Part shown: positions 57,200-64,000 of the stretch, in pieces
Numbering within the stretch: the first letter of the stretch is position 1
Layout of the letters: each line of letters begins with the position of its first letter
Origin: Candidatus Poribacteria bacterium
Lineage (GTDB): Bacteria; Poribacteria; WGA-4E; WGA-3G
NCBI GenBank assembly: GCA_963665235.2
Contig: CAXXLX010000001.1
Location: 4,064,001 to 4,128,000, forward strand
Direction of reading: 5' to 3'
DNA: 64,000 nucleotides
Translations under genes and position numbers: made by a program
Notes under the pieces: generated by a model
The model's input: the letters and a program-made list of their open reading frames with translations, nothing else
What the model was told of the DNA's origin: nothing
Database searches by the model: none

Positions 57200-57646
57200 T
57201 TACCGCCTCCGAGACCGGAGGGTTTTAGGACGTCCGAGGATTTCCGCGAGAATAATACCTTGCCGAAACGTTTCGGGCGACAGGTCTGGCAAAGCGGTTA
57301 CCGGGAGCGGTTTCGCTGGCAGTGCTGTAGGCGAATCTACAGGCACAGGCGGCGGTTTTTGCTCCTCATTTTTCGGTTCAGGCTCTTTAGGCGGTTCCGG
57401 TTCGGACTGTTCAACAACAAGCGGGACAGCCGCCTCCTGGGCTTGCTCGACTGGCTGTGTTTCTCCTACCTCGAACGGAAAATTCTCCATGAAGGGAGGT
57501 AAGGCTTCCTGCCCATCAGGTGTTCCCTCAACCTCACCTTCTGTTCGTGTTCGCTGCTGTCTCGCTTTCCGTTGGCGTGACCCGCCGAGGACAATCGTCA
57601 AAATGATAACAACGAACATTATAATCATCTGTACGAATTCATCCAT
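57200..57646 (-). CDS. YqfB-like membrane-anchored protein (paralog 1)
   Basis: N-terminal TM; ends LSPETFRQGIILAEILGRPKTLRSRRR. Confidence 0.65.
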   Translation of the reverse strand: MDEFVQMIIMFVVIILTIVLGGSRQRKARQQRTRTEGEVEGTPDGQEALPPFMENFPFEVGETQPVEQAQEAAVPLVVEQSEPEPPKEPEPKNEEQKPPPVPVDSPTALPAKPLPVTALPDLSPETFRQGIILAEILGRPKTLRSRRR

Positions 57647-57671
57647 CAGTTTTTCCTCCGTTAGTTATGGC

Positions 57672-58709
57672 TTAGGAAAGTCCGAGGGAATGTGCTGACC
57701 GGGTTGTGTCCATGTCTTGTGTGCCGCCCGGTGAAGCGATAGACTGGCGCATCTCGGTATCCGCGAGGATATTTCGGAGTGTATAGTAATCCATAACACT
57801 CATCTTTTCGGAATCAAACGAGTCCGATATAGAGAGCGGGATTTCCGCTTCCGCTTCAATCAATTTAATCGTCATTTCCTCGACGAGTGCTTTATTTTCT
57901 TCCTCTTCGGCTTCAGCGCGTGCACGTTGTTCTTCCGCTTTTGCCCGTGCTATCTTGAGTTCCGCTTCAGCCTGATCGGTTTGTAATTTCGCGCCGACGT
58001 TCTCACCGACGTTAATGTCGGCTATATCAATAGAGAGGATTTCAAAAGCGGTGCCTGCCTCAAGCCCACGGTCAAGGACAGTTTCAGAGATTCGCACCGG
58101 ATTTTCCAAAACCTGTTTATGATTTGCGGAGGAGCCGATGGTTGTGATAATCCCTTCGCCGACCCGTGCGCGTATCGTATCCTCAGTTGCCCCCCCGACG
58201 AGTCGGTCTATGTTTGCCCTGACAGTGACGCGTGCCTTCACAATGAGTTGGATACCATCGCGTGCGACAGCAGTGATACCGTTGCTAGGGTCCTCTTTAC
58301 TTGGAATATCAATAATTTCTGGGGTGACACTGACTTGGACAGCTTGTAAAACATCTCTGCCCGCGAGGTCAATAGCGGCGGCTTGTGCAAAATCGAGGTC
58401 GATTTTGGCTTTATCTGCGGCGATGAGCGCAGAGACAACGCTTGGGACACGTCCCCCTGCAAGGAAATGCGCCTCAAGGTCATCAAGGGAGAGGCTCAAG
58501 CCGGCTTTTGTTGCGTTAATTTGTGGTTCGACAATTCCTGATGGCGGCACGCGTCGGAGACGCATCGCAACCAGATCGAAAATTCCTACTTTCACGCCTG
58601 CTGCAATGGCTGTAATCCATAAACCGAGTGGCACTAGCCAAGCGATAATAATTAAAAATAGGACGATACAGACAGCAACAATCGCAAGTATAGCAGATGA
58701 TTCAAGCAT
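57672..58709 (-). CDS. floA: Flotillin-like protein FloA/YqfA (copy 2)
   Basis: [59 protein letters not shown]. Confidence 0.9.
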   Translation of the reverse strand: MLESSAILAIVAVCIVLFLIIIAWLVPLGLWITAIAAGVKVGIFDLVAMRLRRVPPSGIVEPQINATKAGLSLSLDDLEAHFLAGGRVPSVVSALIAADKAKIDLDFAQAAAIDLAGRDVLQAVQVSVTPEIIDIPSKEDPSNGITAVARDGIQLIVKARVTVRANIDRLVGGATEDTIRARVGEGIITTIGSSANHKQVLENPVRISETVLDRGLEAGTAFEILSIDIADINVGENVGAKLQTDQAEAELKIARAKAEEQRARAEAEEEENKALVEEMTIKLIEAEAEIPLSISDSFDSEKMSVMDYYTLRNILADTEMRQSIASPGGTQDMDTTRSAHSLGLS

Positions 58710-58711
58710 GT

Positions 58712-59623
58712 TTATTCTCCATCAGTTAGGGGTGAAATATTTAAATTTCCTTCACGAAAAGCGGTTGCAAGGGCCCGCGGAACAGTCGCTTCAGCCTCAA
58801 CGACTCGCGCACGCATCTCCTGCACGTTTGCGGTCATCTGCTGCTTTTTAGCAACGGCAAGGGCGCGGCGTTCCTCCGCTTTCGCCTGGGCAACAACAAG
58901 GTCAGCCTCAGCCTGTTCAGCCTGAAGCTCCGCACCGATGTTTTTACCGACGTTCACATCCGCTATATCAATAGATAGAATTTCAAAAGCGGTACCCGCA
59001 TCAAGCCCACGGTCAAGCACCGTCTTGGAGATGATGTCGGGATTTTCGAGTACATCCTCATAGGTTTCGGAGGCACCGATTGCGCTGATGATTCCCTCTC
59101 CGACCCGTGCGATGATTGTATCTTCACCAGCACCACCAACGAGACGGTTGATATTGGTTCGGACAGTGATTCTGACGGTGGTAATAAGTTCTACCCCATC
59201 GAGGGCAAGTGCGGTAATCTTTTGTGTCGTAATGACGCGGGGATTTACACTGACCTGAACAGCTTCAAACACATCTCTGCCCGCCAAATCAATGGCAGCC
59301 GCTTGTGTGAAATCAAGATTGATGTTTCGCGCTTTATCAGCGGCAATTAGCGCGCTAACAACGTTAAGAACATTCCCTCCAGCGAGGTAATGCGCCTCTA
59401 ATTCTGAAGTCGCCACAGTCAATCCAGCTTTGTGGCTACTGATAAGTGCTCTGACAATGACGTTCGGATTGACTCGTCTCAAACGCATGCCGATTAGCTC
59501 TGAAATGCGAAGCGGTGCTCCAGCTGCGACGGCAGCAATCCAGAGCCCGACGGGGACAAACCAAAAGAATACAATGATAAAAATCAGAACAATGACAGCA
59601 ATTATCGGTATAATTGGTTCCAT
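58712..59623 (-). CDS. floA: Flotillin-like protein FloA/YqfA (copy 1, shorter C-terminus)
   Basis: [48 protein letters not shown]. Confidence 0.9.
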   Translation of the reverse strand: MEPIIPIIAVIVLIFIIVFFWFVPVGLWIAAVAAGAPLRISELIGMRLRRVNPNVIVRALISSHKAGLTVATSELEAHYLAGGNVLNVVSALIAADKARNINLDFTQAAAIDLAGRDVFEAVQVSVNPRVITTQKITALALDGVELITTVRITVRTNINRLVGGAGEDTIIARVGEGIISAIGASETYEDVLENPDIISKTVLDRGLDAGTAFEILSIDIADVNVGKNIGAELQAEQAEADLVVAQAKAEERRALAVAKKQQMTANVQEMRARVVEAEATVPRALATAFREGNLNISPLTDGE

Positions 59624-59661
59624 ATCTTATCTCCTTTCTTAGAACTACGGTTTCTAGGTTT

Positions 59662-60156
59662 CTATAAACTACGGACGACGACACGACTTCCCTCAACATG
59701 AATGACTTCAATCTCTGTCTCTGGTTCAACAAACTCCCCCTGCGTAACGATATCGACACGTTGGCCGTTTATAAGTGCGACCCCTGCTGGTCGTAAGGGG
59801 CTTAATGTTTTTCCCGATTTTCCGACGAGGGCGGTTAACTCTTGAGGTGCTGCATGAAAACCTTCTTCACTTTTCTCAGAAGCAGTTAGGATAAAGTTTT
59901 TGCCGAAAGGTGTGTCCCGAAGAATGGACAAACCGACAATGGCAATCGGTATTACGAAAATCAACGCGACACTGGCATAGATGAGTGCCGTTGTAGCCCC
60001 TGCTCTTACCCAAATCATGCCGATTCCGACAAAGAGCAGGATTAGTCCAGGAATGCCTGCTGCACCGAACCCTGGAAGAATCAAAATCTCAATAAATATC
60101 AAGAGTATACCGAGTGCTATAAGAACCGTTGGTACCCACATGGTTTTTTCCTCCAA
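59662..60156 (-). CDS. Short NfeD-family protein (TM plus OB-fold)
   Basis: EILILPGFG, LVGKSG...LRPAG, V.TQGEFV, VEGSRVVV. Confidence 0.85.
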   Translation of the reverse strand: MEEKTMWVPTVLIALGILLIFIEILILPGFGAAGIPGLILLFVGIGMIWVRAGATTALIYASVALIFVIPIAIVGLSILRDTPFGKNFILTASEKSEEGFHAAPQELTALVGKSGKTLSPLRPAGVALINGQRVDIVTQGEFVEPETEIEVIHVEGSRVVVRSL

Positions 60157-60176
60157 ACATTTTGTGTAAAAACGCC

Positions 60177-61763
60177 TTACTCCTCAAGAGCCTCAACCGA
60201 AATTTTTGAGCCTGAGACCTCTAGTACTTTGATAGGCGTATTCTCTGGAATGAAGTTGCCGACTGTGACAACGTCCAATCGTTTATTATCGATTTTCGCG
60301 GTGCCCGCAGGCCGCAACGGTGTCAACGCAACCCCTGTTTTACCTATAAAACTCTCAAAATCCTGAGTACCTGCAGCGTGATACCCCTCGTCAGTACTCA
60401 TCACAGTGGAAAGCGCGAACCGCTGAAATGGAGTCGATTTCGGGAGAAAAATCGTCGCAATAATGCCTAACACAGAGGTTAAAATTATTGAAATAGAGAG
60501 CCACAGCAGCGCAGTACTGACATTATCGGTCGTATCAAAAAAGACAAAAAAGGCACTCCCCACCATCAAGATAATACCAAGTATGCCCGCAATGCCGAAA
60601 CCGGGGATAACGAAGACCTCTACCACAATCAACGCTAAACCGATGACAAACGCGAGAAACGCATACCCTACCTCAATTTGGTTCAACATGTGCCCCCCAA
60701 AGAAGAGTCCTATGAAAAGCAATCCGAGGAATCCAGGGATACCGAAACCCGGGGTGCGAATCTCTATAAGGAGACCGAGACCCCCTAGCGATAAGAGCAA
60801 CGCGCTGATATACGGACTCGTAATAAAGAAGACAACCCTATCCGCAAGTGTCGCAGCAATTTTACGGACCTGTGCATTTGCCAAAGATTTCAGACGTTTG
60901 ACCCGCGTAGCACCCAGCTCCTCCTGTTTGTCCAAAATAGCATTTTCTGTGAGTGCCAACGTTGCAATGCCCGCCTCAGCTTGTGCTTCAATATCCGCAG
61001 TGTTCTCTGTTGGAGGTGGCAACGCGACGTTCCCTTTGTCATCTCCTTCAATCGTAACGATGTAGTACCGTGAAAGGAGCTGCTGTAACGTTTCCGCTTG
61101 CGCCTCCACGAATTTATAGGCAAGTGCCTGGCGCGTCGTTAAGGTAAGCAGTTCGCCCTCGGCACAGAGCACTTCCATCCTCGTGCCAGCTGTCTGTTCC
61201 TCCATATATTCTTCGGGGCGTAACCTAATAATATCACCACTTTCGAAGCGTACAAGGACATATTTTTTATCCACCATAGCTTCGGCAATATCGGCGTTTC
61301 TGTTTTGCTCTGCTGCGGCGCGAATTGCTCCGCGGATAGAGGACACATATTTCTCCTCCGCTTCCTGCCCTTGTGCATCAACGGGTGCCGAAGCACCTAT
61401 GATTGCTCCCGATGTCATCACAATTTGTGAGCACGTGGAAGAAATCATGGCACCCGCAGAGAGAGCTTGCCGGTTGACGAAGGCGATAGTTGGCAATCGG
61501 GTATTCCGAATTGCATTCATGATTTTAAAAGCAGCGTCAACTCGACCGCCCGGGGTGTTCACATCAAAAACAATCGCATCAGCCCCCGCCTGCTCCGCTT
61601 TTTCAATGCCCTTGCTGATGTAGCTGGCGACTCCACTGCCGATTTCGGTACGAATGTCTATAACGTAAACTAAGGCGGTGTCCTCAGCAGACACGCCACC
61701 CCCGATAAAAAGACACCCGATTAAGGGGAGCAGATAACGCAGCAGGTCTTTTTTGCCTTTCAT
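60177..61763 (-). CDS. nfeD: Long NfeD/YqeZ-type membrane serine protease
   Basis: VNTPGGRVD, ALSAGAMI, IGASAPV, LLTLT..QA, TPGFGIPG, LRPAG C-terminal domain. Confidence 0.88.
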   Translation of the reverse strand: MKGKKDLLRYLLPLIGCLFIGGGVSAEDTALVYVIDIRTEIGSGVASYISKGIEKAEQAGADAIVFDVNTPGGRVDAAFKIMNAIRNTRLPTIAFVNRQALSAGAMISSTCSQIVMTSGAIIGASAPVDAQGQEAEEKYVSSIRGAIRAAAEQNRNADIAEAMVDKKYVLVRFESGDIIRLRPEEYMEEQTAGTRMEVLCAEGELLTLTTRQALAYKFVEAQAETLQQLLSRYYIVTIEGDDKGNVALPPPTENTADIEAQAEAGIATLALTENAILDKQEELGATRVKRLKSLANAQVRKIAATLADRVVFFITSPYISALLLSLGGLGLLIEIRTPGFGIPGFLGLLFIGLFFGGHMLNQIEVGYAFLAFVIGLALIVVEVFVIPGFGIAGILGIILMVGSAFFVFFDTTDNVSTALLWLSISIILTSVLGIIATIFLPKSTPFQRFALSTVMSTDEGYHAAGTQDFESFIGKTGVALTPLRPAGTAKIDNKRLDVVTVGNFIPENTPIKVLEVSGSKISVEALEE

Positions 61764-61882
61764 GTCAATTACTCCTCATCACTTCTGAAATGCACCTTAA
61801 AATACTTTTGGCGAATTGTTGAAAAATAGAACGCCTATTATTAATATAACCTAAGTTTGGGGTGTATGTCAAGGAAAAAGTT

Positions 61883-62461
61883 TTAACAGAAATTAGATTC
61901 GTTTTCAGCCAATTCCTCTTGAATCCATGCATGGAGGATATGGTTTAGCACAAGATGGACATCTTCAACGGGACCATAAAGGTTGCTATCCACTACGACG
62001 TTGACATCGCAAATTGTTGCCAATTTGCCGCCGCCAAATCCGCTCCATCCGATAGTTTTACATCCAATATCGGCTGCGTATTGCATCGCCCGAAGGACGT
62101 TCTCCGAGTTGCCACTTGCACTGATACCGAGCACAACGTCGCCCGGGTTGACAAAATTTTTGAGTTGTTCCACGAAAACATCTTCGTAGGAGACATCGTT
62201 CGACCACGCTGTCATTGTTGCGACGTTGTCCGTTAAACTCATAACGCGGAACCGGGGTTTTCCGGGAACACTCGTGCCTTTCCCCAAATCACAGGCGAGA
62301 TGGGATGCGGTAGATGCACTGCCGCCGTTGCCGATGACAAAAATCTGTTTTTCAGCGCGATACGCCTCCATAATGGTATCTATGGTGTCCCGTACATCTG
62401 TCAACGTTAAACGTTCTAACACGTCTTGCAGATGGGATATGTATTTTTGAATTCTCTCCAT
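61883..62461 (-). CDS. SIS-domain phosphosugar isomerase (GmhA-like)
   Basis: IGNGGSASTASH, TAWSND..YEDVF.EQL, ISASGNSENV, VEDVH. Confidence 0.88.
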   Translation of the reverse strand: MERIQKYISHLQDVLERLTLTDVRDTIDTIMEAYRAEKQIFVIGNGGSASTASHLACDLGKGTSVPGKPRFRVMSLTDNVATMTAWSNDVSYEDVFVEQLKNFVNPGDVVLGISASGNSENVLRAMQYAADIGCKTIGWSGFGGGKLATICDVNVVVDSNLYGPVEDVHLVLNHILHAWIQEELAENESNFC

Positions 62462-62504
62462 TACGTTTTTTTCCTAATTTTTATTGCTTTGACAGGATTC
62501 GGAA

Positions 62505-63458
62505 TTAAACTACGAGGGCAATGGCAGCAAGATCTCCCAGTGCCTCACCGAGCTGTGCTGGCATAATTTTGACAGCTTCGACTGGACGCGTCATTGCAAA
62601 CGCGGAAACAGTTCGACGGATTGGCACAAGTAAAAGGTCACCTGCAGCAATAGCAATAGTTCCGAGTAAAACGATATCAGGGTTCAAGATGTTAACCACG
62701 TTTGCGATTCCCCACCCCATGTAGTAAGCCGTTTCGTCAACCAATTTTAGTGCTAATGCATCCCCCTGACGCGCCGCCTCAATCACATGTTCCGATTTTA
62801 TATTATCAATACACTCTTCGGCAAGCGTTAAAATAGCGGTCGTCGATTGCTTCTGAACTGCTGCTTTGGCACGACGTGCTATTGCTGGACCGGAACAGAG
62901 TGCCTCAAGACATCCCCGTTTGCCGCATCCACAGCGAGGCCCATCGGGCAGGAGTATTTGGTGCCCGACCTCACCTGCACTGTCGTTGGCACCGTGATAA
63001 ATCTGCCCATTTAGAACAAGTCCACCTCCGATGCCGGTGCTCATCGTGATATAGAGTACTGCCTTGTATCCTCTGCCCCCGCCGAACCTGAATTCGGCAA
63101 GCGCGCTGGCATTTGCATCGTTCTCAATCGTTACCGGAAGCTGAAACGTTGATTCAAGCTCTGCTTTGAGCGGCAGTGCGTCCCAACCGGGCAAATTCGG
63201 CGGTGAATAGACAACCCCGGTTTTTGTGTCCAATGGGCCGCCACAGCTCACGCCTATCGCTGAAATCGCGTGCTGTTCCAACCCTGCCTGTGTGATAGTC
63301 TCTCGAACCATCTCGAAAAGCAGTTGAAGGGCATAGTCGGGGCCCTTTTCTGCAAGCGTGGGTTTGCGTACCTTGCTGATAATTTGCCCTGTGCTATCGG
63401 CAACAACGGTTGCAAGTTTCGTACCCCCGATGTCAATACCTACGACGTGCTTTTTCAT
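62505..63458 (-). CDS. ROK-family sugar kinase (glucokinase-like)
   Basis: GIDIGGTK, ENDANA.ALAE, STGIGGG, GEVGH, CGCGKRGCLE. Confidence 0.92.
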   Translation of the reverse strand: MKKHVVGIDIGGTKLATVVADSTGQIISKVRKPTLAEKGPDYALQLLFEMVRETITQAGLEQHAISAIGVSCGGPLDTKTGVVYSPPNLPGWDALPLKAELESTFQLPVTIENDANASALAEFRFGGGRGYKAVLYITMSTGIGGGLVLNGQIYHGANDSAGEVGHQILLPDGPRCGCGKRGCLEALCSGPAIARRAKAAVQKQSTTAILTLAEECIDNIKSEHVIEAARQGDALALKLVDETAYYMGWGIANVVNILNPDIVLLGTIAIAAGDLLLVPIRRTVSAFAMTRPVEAVKIMPAQLGEALGDLAAIALVV

Positions 63459-63488
63459 GGGAGTCTCCAATTGTGCGTTGCAAATCCG

Positions 63489-64000
63489 CTACAACTGGTC
63501 GTTCAGGTCACAGAGTGCAGGATAAATCTGTTGATACGTTTTCAACTTCTCATCGTAAAGTTGGGCGAGCGCGTCGCGAGGATAATAGATTTCGCGCGGT
63601 GTGACTAGCTGCTCAACTGCTGCTTCAATAGACCTGTATTTGCCTATTGCTGTGCCAGATAAGATAGCGGTTCCGAGGCAGACCCCCTCCGATATATCAA
63701 GCGCAATGACCTTCTTACCGAACATATCGGCTTTGAGCTGCAGCCATTTTGCCGATTTCGCACCGCCCCCGATGGCACGTACCTCATTTATTATAACTCC
63801 CGCTTTTTGCAACATAGCGAGATTCTGTTTAATCTCGTAACTGATGCCTTCAAGGATTGCCTTGACCAATTCGGCTTTGGTGGTTGAAAGTGTCAACCCT
63901 ACAATTGCACCTTTTGATGATAGGTCTAGGTGCGGGGTGCCAGAACCGGTGAAGTGGGGTAGCAGCATAGCAGTCCCAGGTGAATCAGGCATCTCTTCAA
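63489..64000 (-). CDS. FGGY-family carbohydrate kinase (xylulokinase-like), 5' end outside the window
   Basis: LPHFTGSGTP, GAIVGLTL, AILEGI, GGGAKS..WLQLKAD. Confidence 0.88.
   Translation of the reverse strand, partial: EEMPDSPGTAMLLPHFTGSGTPHLDLSSKGAIVGLTLSTTKAELVKAILEGISYEIKQNLAMLQKAGVIINEVRAIGGGAKSAKWLQLKADMFGKKVIALDISEGVCLGTAILSGTAIGKYRSIEAAVEQLVTPREIYYPRDALAQLYDEKLKTYQQIYPALCDLNDQL

Overview
Bacterial chromosomal window, most likely from Ca. Poribacteria. That assignment is an inference from the many WD40 proteins, PhyH dioxygenases, LamG and cohesin/dockerin proteins, and a recurrent C-terminal 'VxPxxKLxxxWxxI/LK' tail. The central ~30 kb (15077-45278) is an uninterrupted minus-strand array of 12 WD40 beta-propeller loci. 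Four are ECF sigma factor-transmembrane-WD40 fusions (two intact, one frameshifted, one scrambled), each preceded by the same TGCAACC-N17-CGTCA promoter-like motif. Six carry signal peptides and two are leaderless. Intergenic spaces are filled with GTAG-type REP palindromes, tandem REP arrays, small MITE-like elements and nested insertions; no transposase, CRISPR array or RNA gene was seen. The flanks hold GT4 and GT2 glycosyltransferases, an aminotransferase, an orphan Mrr-like nuclease, a DUF815 ATPase, RecQ, PhyH-HEAT, cytochrome P460, peptidoglycan amidase and dipeptide epimerase, a duplicated nfeD-floA-yqfB-like operon, and sugar kinases. Several short garbled stretches (about 23700, 34300-34790, 52240-52345) may be assembly or consensus errors. 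All calls were made by eye, without database searches.
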